The notes under the pieces are model-generated. The model ran no database searches, was not told the origin of the DNA, and worked only from the letters and a program-made list of their open reading frames with translations. A program made the position numbers and the translations under genes. 64,000 bases of DNA from an uncultured Spartobacteria bacterium (GTDB lineage: Bacteria; Verrucomicrobiota; Verrucomicrobiia; Chthoniobacterales; JAATET01): NCBI GenBank assembly GCA_938011325.1, contig CALLUD010000011.1, forward strand, positions 126,901 to 190,900, read 5' to 3'. Position 1 is the first letter of the stretch. Every line of letters begins with the position of its first letter. Of the stretch, positions 9,635 to 17,552 are shown in pieces.

Positions 9635-9692
9635 CGAGCGGAGGAGGACAGCCGTTATTTCATGACCAAATTTCGAGGCGCATCAACCCACC

Positions 9693-12600
9693 ATGATGAC
9701 CACACGCCTTTTCCGCGTTTCCCTCCTTCTGTCCACGTTCCTTGGTCTGTTCCGTCCTCTGGACGTGATGGCCCATGGCTCGATGGCGAATCCCATCAGC
9801 CGCTCGTATCTCGGGTATCTCGAGAATCCGCAGAATCCGAAATCCGCAGCAATCAAGGCGGCGGTCGCCGTTGGCGGCACGCAGGCATTCTACGACTGGC
9901 ACGAGGTCAACGGCCTCTTTCCCGCGCGGGACTACCAGGCACGAATCCCCGACGGACAACTCCCCGGCGCCGGCCGCGACAAATACAAGGGCTTGAACCT
10001 CGCCCGCGCCGACTGGCCCGCCACGACCGTCGCACCCGGGCCGTATCAATGCGTCTTCTACGCGCACACGCCGCACGAACCGAGCTACTTCGAGGTCTAT
10101 CTCACGAAGCCCGGTTACGATCCGCTCCAGCCGCTCAAATGGTCGGACCTCGAGCGGCTTCCCAATCCCACCGACACCGTGCTCGACGGGATGAACTACC
10201 GGTTCACGATCAATCTGCCGCAACGCACCGGACGTCACGTCCTCTATGTGATCTGGCAACGCATCGATCCCGCGGGCGAGGCGTTCTTTTCGACAAGCGA
10301 TCTCGTCTTCACCACGGGTGGAGGCGGAAATCCGCTCCCGACACCCACTCCGGTCCCTACGCCTCCGACTCACTCGCATCCGCACGTTCATCTCGACGTC
10401 ACCAGCGACTGGGGCGCCGGATTTGTCGGCAAGGTCACGGTCGAAAACAACACCGGCGCGAACCTCCGTGAGTGGACCGTCCAGTTCGACCTGCCTCGCG
10501 AGATCGTCAACATCTGGGATGCAAAGATCGTCTCCAGGGTCGGCAACACCTACACGATCCGGAACGAAAGCTGGAACGGCACGGTGCCCGCAGGCGGCTC
10601 GTTCACCTTCGGATTCCAGGCCGCCGGCGGAAACGGAAACATCTCGCTGGAGAATTTCACCCTGACCGGCTCCGGTGGTCAGACACCAACGCCCACCCCT
10701 GTTCCCACACCGGTCCCCACCCCGACCCCGGCTCCAACGCCCGTCCCGACTCCAACCCCGAAGCCTACTCCCGCTCCGACTCCGAGCCCCACACCATCCC
10801 CGACCCCGGTCCCAACCCCCACGCCGAATCCGGGTTCACGAAACACCACGGTTCGCATTGGCGACGTCACGGTAACGTTCAGGGTCGTCAACGACTGGAT
10901 TTCGGGATTTCAGAGCGAGGTCACGATCAAGAACGAATCCTCGGCAGTCATTCGCGACTGGCAGCTCGCTTTCCGGCTGAACCGCACGATCAGCTCGATC
11001 TGGAACGCGCGCGTCGCGAGCCAGAGCGGATCCCTGCTCACATTCGACGCGGCAACCTTCGCATGGAACAAGGTTATTCCCGCCAAAGGCAGCGTGAGTT
11101 TCGGCTTCGTCGCGAGCCCGGGTGCATTCACCACTCCTCCGACGGATTTCTCGTTCAAAGGCTCCGCGCCGAATCCCACCCCCACCCCGAAGCCTACTCC
11201 CACGCCCACGCCGTCTCCCACGCCCAAGCCAACACCGAACCCCACACCCGTTCCGACGCCAGGTCCCACACCGGCGCCGACCTCCCCGCAACTCTCGGTG
11301 GCGGACGTCACGGTAACGGAACCGTCATCCGGCACGACCTCCGCAGAGGTCGCGATCACGCTCGACAAGGCTCCGTCGCTGGCGGTCACCATGCTCGTGC
11401 AGACCGCGGATGGCACCGCCACCTCGCCGGCGGATTACTCCTCCGTTTCCCAGACGCTCATCTTCACCGCCGGCCAGACGCGCAAGACGATCAACATTCC
11501 CATTCACGCCGACAACGTGAACGAGCCGGATGAAACGTTCACCGTCCGGATCTCCGGGGCGGTCGGAGCGACCATTCTGGACGGCACCGGCGTCGTCACG
11601 ATCCGCAACTTCACGAAAGGCGGCGGCTTCAACTACGCGGAGGCGCTGCAGAAATCGCTCTTCTTCTACGATGCACAGCGAAGCGGCGATCTGCCGGAGG
11701 ACTTCCGCATCAATTGGCGCGGCGACTCCGCACTCGAGGACGGCGCCGATGTCGGTATCGACCTCAGCGGCGGTTATTACGACGCGGGCGATCACGTGAA
11801 ATTCGGGCTCCCCATGCTCAGCAGCATGACGCTGCTCGCCTGGGGCGCCATCGAGTATCCGCAGGGCTACGCCGCCGCCGGGCAGAAAGCGACCATCCTC
11901 GATGCGATCCGCTGGGGCATGGATTGGGTCATCAAGGCGCATCCGAGCCCGAATGTCTTCTACGGCCAGGTCGGCAAAGGCGGCACGGACCACAGCTACT
12001 GGGGTCCGCCGGAGGTCATGACGATGCCGCGTCCCGCCTACGCGATCACCGCCCAAAAGCCCGGCAGCGAGCTCGCCGGCGAGGGAGCTGCGGCGCTCGC
12101 CGCCGCATCCATCCTCTTCAAGAACGAGGATCCCGCATATGCCGCGACCCTGCTGCGGCACGCACGCGAGCTCTTCGCGTTCGGGGACACCTATCGCGGC
12201 AGCTACGTCAACGCGATTCCCGACGCGAGGGAGTTCTACAACTCCCATTCCGGTTACATCGACGAGCTGATCTGGGGCGCCGTGTGGCTCTACCGCGCGA
12301 CGGGCGAGCAAATCTATCTGCAAAAAGCCGAGTCGCTCTACGCACAGCATTACACCGGCGCCTCGTTGCGCTGGACCCACAATTGGGACGACAAGATCTA
12401 CGGCGCATCCATCCTCCTCGCGCAGCTCACGGGCAAGTCGATCTACACGACGAACGCCGAGAGATTCCTCAACTACTGGACCGTCGGCGACAACGGCGCG
12501 AAAATCACCACGACCCCCGGTGGCCTCGCATGGTTGCAGCAATGGGGATCGCTGCGCTACGCGGCAAACACCGCGCTGCTCGCATTCATCTACGCCGACC

Positions 12601-13460
12601 GGGTGCGCGACTACAACGGCCGCTACCACGACTTCGCGAAACGCCAGGTCGACTACGCGCTTGGCAACAACCCGCTCGGCCGCAGCTACGTCGTCGGCTT
12701 TGGCAACAACCCGCCAGTCAATCCGCATCATCGCGGCGCGCATGGATCCTGGGCCAACAGTATCCAGGAGCCCCGCAACAACCGGCACATCCTCTACGGC
12801 GCCCTTGTCGGGGGCCCCTCCGCACCGAACGACACCGCCTACGAGGACGATCGCAGCAACTACATCACCAACGAAGTCGCGCTCGACTACAACGCGGGCT
12901 TCACCGGCGCACTGGCTAAGCTCGTCGAGGAAAATGGCGGCACGCCGCTCGCCAACTTCCCGCAGCCGGAAACGCCGGACGACGAATTTTTCGTGGAGGC
13001 ATCGATCAACCAGCAGGGCAACGGTTTCACGGAGATTCGCGCCCTGTTGAACAACCGCTCCGCCTTCCCGGCCGGCGCGTCCGAATTTCTCTCCTTCCGC
13101 TACTACGTGGACCTCACCGAGACGATCGCCGCCGGCATCCAGCCCTCGCAGATCAATGTCGTCACCAACTACAGCCAGGGCGCCCGCGTGTCGAAGCTGC
13201 TCCCCCACGACGTCTCGCGAAACATCTACTACGTCGAGGCGGACTTTACCGGCACGCTGATCGCCCCCGGCAGCAGCTCGACCTATCGCAAGGAAGTGCA
13301 GTTCCGCCTGAGCCTACCGGCCAACGCTCCGGCCAGCGCGTGGAACCCGGCCAACGACTTCTCCTACGCGGGCCTGCGAACCGGCAACGCAAACACCGTG
13401 AAGACAGACCGCATCCCCCTCTTCCAGGAAGGTCAATTGCTCGGCGGAAGATTGCCGTAG
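9693..13460 (+). CDS. Secreted multidomain cellulase: AA10 LPMO - CBM2 - CBM2 - Calx-beta - GH9 endoglucanase - CBM3c
   Basis: 1255-aa ORF. The domain motifs are listed in the sub-features below. Confidence 0.9.
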   Translation: MMTTRLFRVSLLLSTFLGLFRPLDVMAHGSMANPISRSYLGYLENPQNPKSAAIKAAVAVGGTQAFYDWHEVNGLFPARDYQARIPDGQLPGAGRDKYKGLNLARADWPATTVAPGPYQCVFYAHTPHEPSYFEVYLTKPGYDPLQPLKWSDLERLPNPTDTVLDGMNYRFTINLPQRTGRHVLYVIWQRIDPAGEAFFSTSDLVFTTGGGGNPLPTPTPVPTPPTHSHPHVHLDVTSDWGAGFVGKVTVENNTGANLREWTVQFDLPREIVNIWDAKIVSRVGNTYTIRNESWNGTVPAGGSFTFGFQAAGGNGNISLENFTLTGSGGQTPTPTPVPTPVPTPTPAPTPVPTPTPKPTPAPTPSPTPSPTPVPTPTPNPGSRNTTVRIGDVTVTFRVVNDWISGFQSEVTIKNESSAVIRDWQLAFRLNRTISSIWNARVASQSGSLLTFDAATFAWNKVIPAKGSVSFGFVASPGAFTTPPTDFSFKGSAPNPTPTPKPTPTPTPSPTPKPTPNPTPVPTPGPTPAPTSPQLSVADVTVTEPSSGTTSAEVAITLDKAPSLAVTMLVQTADGTATSPADYSSVSQTLIFTAGQTRKTINIPIHADNVNEPDETFTVRISGAVGATILDGTGVVTIRNFTKGGGFNYAEALQKSLFFYDAQRSGDLPEDFRINWRGDSALEDGADVGIDLSGGYYDAGDHVKFGLPMLSSMTLLAWGAIEYPQGYAAAGQKATILDAIRWGMDWVIKAHPSPNVFYGQVGKGGTDHSYWGPPEVMTMPRPAYAITAQKPGSELAGEGAAALAAASILFKNEDPAYAATLLRHARELFAFGDTYRGSYVNAIPDAREFYNSHSGYIDELIWGAVWLYRATGEQIYLQKAESLYAQHYTGASLRWTHNWDDKIYGASILLAQLTGKSIYTTNAERFLNYWTVGDNGAKITTTPGGLAWLQQWGSLRYAANTALLAFIYADRVRDYNGRYHDFAKRQVDYALGNNPLGRSYVVGFGNNPPVNPHHRGAHGSWANSIQEPRNNRHILYGALVGGPSAPNDTAYEDDRSNYITNEVALDYNAGFTGALAKLVEENGGTPLANFPQPETPDDEFFVEASINQQGNGFTEIRALLNNRSAFPAGASEFLSFRYYVDLTETIAAGIQPSQINVVTNYSQGARVSKLLPHDVSRNIYYVEADFTGTLIAPGSSSTYRKEVQFRLSLPANAPASAWNPANDFSYAGLRTGNANTVKTDRIPLFQEGQLLGGRLP
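9774..10313 (+). other. AA10 (CBM33) lytic polysaccharide monooxygenase domain
   Basis: The signal peptide ends ...LDVMA and is followed by [12 protein letters not shown], so His would be residue 1 after cleavage. Also [21 protein letters not shown] and [25 protein letters not shown]. Confidence 0.75.
10389..10670 (+). other. CBM2-like carbohydrate-binding module 1
   Basis: [45 protein letters not shown]...[18 protein letters not shown]. Confidence 0.7.
10671..10841 (+). repeat. Pro/Thr linker-coding low-complexity repeat
   Basis: Encodes [57 protein letters not shown], with (CCN-ACN)-type periodicity. Confidence 0.9.
10845..11159 (+). other. CBM2-like carbohydrate-binding module 2
   Basis: [44 protein letters not shown]...[18 protein letters not shown]. 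Confidence 0.7.
11163..11288 (+). repeat. Pro/Thr linker-coding low-complexity repeat
   Basis: Encodes [42 protein letters not shown]. Confidence 0.9.
11289..11609 (+). other. Calx-beta-like domain
   Basis: [24 protein letters not shown]...[50 protein letters not shown]. Confidence 0.65.
11622..12932 (+). other. GH9 endoglucanase catalytic domain
   Basis: [60 protein letters not shown]. Confidence 0.9.
12975..13457 (+). other. CBM3c-like module following GH9
   Basis: [30 protein letters not shown]...FRYYVDLTE. The position directly after GH9 matches processive theme-B GH9 enzymes. Confidence 0.65.
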
Positions 13461-13481
13461 TCGCTTTAGTGGCATAGGCGG

Positions 13482-13518
13482 AGGTCGCCCTCATCGTTGG
13501 GGGCGGCCTTCGCTTTTT
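13482..13518 (+). terminator. Candidate intrinsic terminator after the cellulase gene
   Basis: Stem aggtcgccc / gggcggcct (8 of 9 pairs) followed by tcgcttttt. It lies in the convergent gap and overlaps the purU stop. Confidence 0.45.
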
Positions 13519-14377
13519 AATCCCGAAAGACAACCGTCTTGGCGCCGTGGATCAACACGCGGTCCTCGAGGTGGTAGCGCAGGCCACGGGCAAGCGCGAG
13601 CCGTTCGCAGTCCCGGCCGAGTCGGCGCAAGTCCGCGAGGTCGTGAAAGTGCTCCACGCGCACGACCTCCTGATCAATGATCGGCCCCGCGTCGAGCTCC
13701 TCCGTCGCGTAGTGGCACGTGGCGCCAATCAACTTCACCCCGCGTTCGAACGCCTGCCGATACGGGTCGGCGCCGGCAAAAGCGGGCAGGAACGAGTGGT
13801 GGATATTGATGAGAGAGCCGGCGAATTGCTCACAGAACCACGGCGGGAGAATCTGCATGTATCGCGCCAGCACGATCGTGGTTGCCTGCGCTTCCTCGCA
13901 GAGACTGGCGACCCGGCGAAAACTGTCCTCGCGATTTGCAGGGTCCACCGGCACGTGATGGAACGGGATTCCCTCCGCCTCCACGTGCTCCCGGCAGACC
14001 GTGTGATTCGAGATCACGAGCGGGATGTCGGCATTGAGTTCTCCAAACTTCCGCCGCCACAGCAGCTCCGTGAGACAATGCGTTTCCTTGCTCACGAGCA
14101 CCGCGAGCCGCTGCCGTTTCTCGATGCGGCGGAGCGACCAGTCGGCCCGCACCCGGGCCGCGAAATGGGACAGGCCTTCTTCGAGCCGGACGAAATCCCC
14201 CCGGCCCTCCATGGACTCGATGCGAAACCGCGCGAAGAACCACTTCGTCGCGACATCGCTGTAGGTATGCACCTCGGCAAGGTTCAGCCCCTCGCCAGCG
14301 ATCAGGCTCGTCACCTGAGCCACCAACCCGATCGCATCCGGGCAGCTCATTTTGAAAATCAATCCCGTCTGGCTCAT
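13517..14377 (-). CDS. purU: Formyltetrahydrofolate deformylase
   Basis: N-terminal ACT domain (MSQTGLIFKMSCPDAIGLVAQVTSLIAGEGLNLAEV) plus a formyltransferase core (NIHHSFLPAFAGADPYRQA, ATCHYATEELDAGPII). I prefer the ATG at 14377 over the ORF start at 14704. Confidence 0.9.
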   Translation of the reverse strand: MSQTGLIFKMSCPDAIGLVAQVTSLIAGEGLNLAEVHTYSDVATKWFFARFRIESMEGRGDFVRLEEGLSHFAARVRADWSLRRIEKRQRLAVLVSKETHCLTELLWRRKFGELNADIPLVISNHTVCREHVEAEGIPFHHVPVDPANREDSFRRVASLCEEAQATTIVLARYMQILPPWFCEQFAGSLINIHHSFLPAFAGADPYRQAFERGVKLIGATCHYATEELDAGPIIDQEVVRVEHFHDLADLRRLGRDCERLALARGLRYHLEDRVLIHGAKTVVFRD

Positions 14378-14730
14378 CCGCGGTCCGGAATATCGACCCC
14401 GGCCGGCGGAGTCCAGCGAATGCCGGGGCCCCCCAACTATCCGGGGCAAGTCCCCCGCCATTTTATGGAATTTCCTATGACAGGAATTTGCATTGACCAA
14501 TGTATACAAAATTTCCGAAAGACAGCCCAAGCGTGCCACCAGCGCACCGCCAACACATCGCGAGATGACTTCTTTACAGAAGCTTCGACTTTCGGCTGTT
14601 CGCAAGCCGCGGTCTTCTCCGAAGAGCGCTGGGGTCTCCTTTCGCGATTCACTGCTCCCTGCCTGCGGTATGCTGCGCGCCGTTTTCCGATTGTCCGGAT
14701 GCAAGCCGCTTTCCGAACCCCCTCCCTCCT

Positions 14731-16698
14731 ATGAAAACGACACGCACCAAAAGATACCGCCACACAGGCGTTGCCGCCTTGGTGGCCCTCACCGCAGCAC
14801 TCGGCAGCCATACCGCGTCCGCCACTGATATTCAGTGGATTCTATGGGACGACGAGGGCCCGTTTACCACCGCGGCGAACTGGGATACGGATACCGTGCC
14901 CGGAGAAGAAGACCATGCAATCTTCAACGCGGGGGGGATCGCAACGATCTCGGAGGAAGACAACCTCACGGTCAATTTTCTTACCATCAACGAAGGCGGA
15001 CTCCGATTTGAGGGAGGCAGCCTGACATCCGCTGCCACAGGCGGTGATGTCCGTATTGGTGCCGGCGCCGGCACCGCATCCGTGACCATGGAGGGTGGCA
15101 CGCTGAAGGTGAACAGCACCCTGCGCGTCGCGGACAATGGCACCGCCACCTTCGATCTGACGGGTGCCACCCTCGAACACACGAATGGCTTCCTGAGCTT
15201 CGGGGGCGGCAGCTCCGGAAATTTCACCGGGACCTTTTCCGGAGATTCCAAATTGTATCACGTCGGCAGCTGGTTCCTCTTTGGGGACGGAGAGGGAACT
15301 TCCGCGACCGTCACCTTTCAAGACACCACGGAGGTGATCTCCAACGACTGGACGTTCTTCGGCAAGGGCGGCAGGGCGGATGTGACCTTCAAGGACGACT
15401 CCAGTTTCACAAACACCGGCGGCGCCACCATCATCGGAGAGGGAAATCCCGGAGAAGCCCCCGCGAAACTCACGCTCACCGGGAAAGCCACTCTGGAACA
15501 TCAAGGTAGCAGCATGTTCCCGGTGGGACACAATGGAGGCATCGGCGCGCTTGAAATGAGCGGAGAAAGCACGGCTTCCGTTGCCGGCGAAGTCTACATC
15601 GGAAACGCCACCCGTAACGAAGGCTCCATTCTCAGTTACGGCATCGTCGATCTCTCGGGCGATGCCGAGTTCAAGACCGTGGGCAAGAAGTTTGTCATCT
15701 CCCGCTTCAGCGGCACCGGAGATGTATCTGTTTCCGAAAATGCAGTCCTGAATGCCGGAGACGGCATCAGCGTTGGAGGCGTCAACGACGGCATCGTGGT
15801 CGGAGAAAACGGAACGGCAACCCTGACGATTTCGGACTCGGCGATCGTAAAGACCGCCCCCACCGATCACATTTTCATCGGCAGCAGTCCCAACTCGAAC
15901 TCAGCGTTTATCGTCGCAGACGGCACGGTGAACCTCAATGGCGGCAGCCTGACCGCGACCGACGCCAACATCTTCCTCGGACTGAACAACAACAACAACA
16001 CCGGAGGAGCGAACAACAACATCGGCCGTCTCTACCTGAATGGGGGAACGGTCTCCGCGAACCTCTTCGTCAAGGGAACTGGCTCCGCCATCATTAAATT
16101 CAACGGCTCGACGGTGAAAGCGACCGATTCGAGCGATGACTACTTCTCGGGATTCGACAGCGCCGACCTGGAGGTGCAGAGCGGCGGGCTCAAGTTCCAC
16201 ACCAACGGGTTCACCGTAGGAATCAGTCAGAGCCTTGCCGGCGAGGGCGGGCTGCAGAAGCTGGGAACCGGCACGCTCACGGTGGAAGGTGCCAATACCT
16301 ATACCGGCGCCACAACAGTGTCTGAAGGAACCCTGCTGGTCACCGGCTCCCTGGAGGGCAGCACGTGGTTGAGCGTCGCCACCGGCGCGACTCTCGAGAT
16401 CGCAAGCAACTTCTCCCTGAATGACGAGATCGTGCTGGCGCTGGTCACCGGTTCAAACGTCGTGCTTTCTTTCACCGGCACGGAGACCATCGGCGCGCTT
16501 TCCATCAACGGCGAGTATCTCGAGATCGGCGAATACTCACTCGCCGAGCTGCAAGCCATCGCCCCGGAGATCTTCAGCGGTAATTCCAACGCCATGCTCA
16601 ACATCACCTCGGCCGTGCCGGAGCCGGGCGTCGCAATGCTGTTCGGGTTGGGAGCCGCCGTGCTCGTCTTCACCCGTCGGCATCGCCGCAGCGCCTGA
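14731..16698 (+). CDS. Large secreted protein with autotransporter-associated beta-strand repeats and a C-terminal PEP-CTERM sorting domain
   Basis: Signal peptide. Gly/Thr/Asn-rich beta-helix-like body with GGLQKLGTGTLTVEGANTYTGATTVSEGTLLVTGSL. The tail is VPEPGVAMLFGLGAAVLVFTRRHRRSA. Confidence 0.85.
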   Translation: MKTTRTKRYRHTGVAALVALTAALGSHTASATDIQWILWDDEGPFTTAANWDTDTVPGEEDHAIFNAGGIATISEEDNLTVNFLTINEGGLRFEGGSLTSAATGGDVRIGAGAGTASVTMEGGTLKVNSTLRVADNGTATFDLTGATLEHTNGFLSFGGGSSGNFTGTFSGDSKLYHVGSWFLFGDGEGTSATVTFQDTTEVISNDWTFFGKGGRADVTFKDDSSFTNTGGATIIGEGNPGEAPAKLTLTGKATLEHQGSSMFPVGHNGGIGALEMSGESTASVAGEVYIGNATRNEGSILSYGIVDLSGDAEFKTVGKKFVISRFSGTGDVSVSENAVLNAGDGISVGGVNDGIVVGENGTATLTISDSAIVKTAPTDHIFIGSSPNSNSAFIVADGTVNLNGGSLTATDANIFLGLNNNNNTGGANNNIGRLYLNGGTVSANLFVKGTGSAIIKFNGSTVKATDSSDDYFSGFDSADLEVQSGGLKFHTNGFTVGISQSLAGEGGLQKLGTGTLTVEGANTYTGATTVSEGTLLVTGSLEGSTWLSVATGATLEIASNFSLNDEIVLALVTGSNVVLSFTGTETIGALSINGEYLEIGEYSLAELQAIAPEIFSGNSNAMLNITSAVPEPGVAMLFGLGAAVLVFTRRHRRSA

Positions 16699-16755
16699 GC
16701 TGCAGAAGCCAGCCGCAATGGGAAGGCCGCCCCCACCGGGGGGCGGTCAGGCCGC

Positions 16756-16820
16756 CGCCAGCGATCAGGCTCGTCATCCGAGCCACCGGCCTCAATCGCA
16801 TTCCGGGCCCGCTCATTTTG
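16756..16820 (-). pseudogene. Decayed duplicate of the purU 5' coding end (ACT-domain N-terminus)
   Basis: cgccagcgatcaggctcgtca is identical to 14293-14313, and the similarity continues to ...gctcattttg with mismatches and three 1-nt indels. It would read KMSGPGMRLRPVARMTSLIAGGGL, against purU KMSCPDAIGLVAQVTSLIAGEGL. Confidence 0.55.
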
Positions 16821-17044
16821 CTCGACGGCTTTCGCAATGAGGTGCGGGACGGTTCAAAATGGATCCCCCGCCGTTCTCGGCGTGGCCGCGATCTGCGCCG
16901 ACCCGACATGGACGATCTCCCGCATCCATGGCCACTCTCCTGGAACTCGCGCGGGCCGCGAATACCCTGGTGCCATCGATCGCATTCATGGTCGTCGAAA
17001 ATTCGGCCCAATGGAAAATGCTCGAGCGCACGGAGAAAAAAAAC

Positions 17045-17218
17045 ATGAAAGGCCACGGTGCGCTGGCGATGCCCGAAACTGAGTCGGCGCCGAAACCCTC
17101 CACCATCGCCCTGCTTCTCGTGGCGCTTGCCACCATCGCCGTCGTGAATTCCCGGTTCCGCACTTGCCTCCTGCGCTGGATCGCGCAGGCTCGGAGCCGA
17201 TGGATCCCGCATTGCTGA
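17045..17218 (+). CDS. Possible small single-TM protein (57 aa)
   Basis: ATG preceded by ggagaaaaaaaac. Third codon positions are GC-rich. Encodes MKGHGALAMPETESAPKPSTIALLLVALATIAVVNSRF... The 3' end overlaps the trm112-like start. No family recognised. Confidence 0.3.
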   Translation: MKGHGALAMPETESAPKPSTIALLLVALATIAVVNSRFRTCLLRWIAQARSRWIPHC

Positions 17219-17391
17219 GCACCCTGTGCTGCCCCGAGACCGGACAGGCGCTTCGAGAGGCCACCGCCGAGGAACGTTCCCACTTTCGTGACGCCCGCGA
17301 GTTGCTGGTGCGCGAGGACGGGCGCGCGGCCTACCCGGTGCATCACGGCATTCCCCAGCTCATCGTCGAAGAGCAGGTTCGCGCGGAGTAA
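17200..17391 (+). CDS. Trm112/YcaR (UPF0434) family small protein
   Basis: MDPALLSTLCCPETGQAL...YPVHHGIPQLIVEE. Start taken at the ATG at 17200. Confidence 0.8.
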   Translation: MDPALLSTLCCPETGQALREATAEERSHFRDARELLVREDGRAAYPVHHGIPQLIVEEQVRAE

Positions 17392-17552
17392 CCTAGTTGT
17401 TTCACTAGACCACCGCGCGTTCTTCGGCCAAAGTTCAGCCCGTGCGCCTGACCACCGCCACCACACGAACGCGCCGGTAGACTCCATTCGGAGCCTGCCC
17501 CCTTTCTCGTGGTCTCCATGCGCTTCGTGGTAACCTCCTGCGTATTTTCTTC

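Noticed and set aside
10671-11288. Periodic short repeats that could be mistaken for a tandem-repeat or CRISPR-like array
   Set aside because: They sit in frame inside a CDS and encode Pro/Thr(/Ser/Lys) interdomain linkers. There are no spacers and no constant repeat unit.
11325-13208. 627-aa minus-strand ORF
   Set aside because: It is antisense to the GH9 catalytic domain and has no motifs.
15985-16020. (AAC)5 and (AAC)3 microsatellites inside the PEP-CTERM gene, considered as a phase-variation switch
   Set aside because: These are trinucleotide repeats encoding Asn runs. Slippage would keep the reading frame, so no on/off switching is expected.
16813-17487. 224-aa minus-strand ORF across the trm112 region
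   Set aside because: It overlaps the recognisable Trm112-family gene on the opposite strand. It has no motifs and poor codon-position composition.
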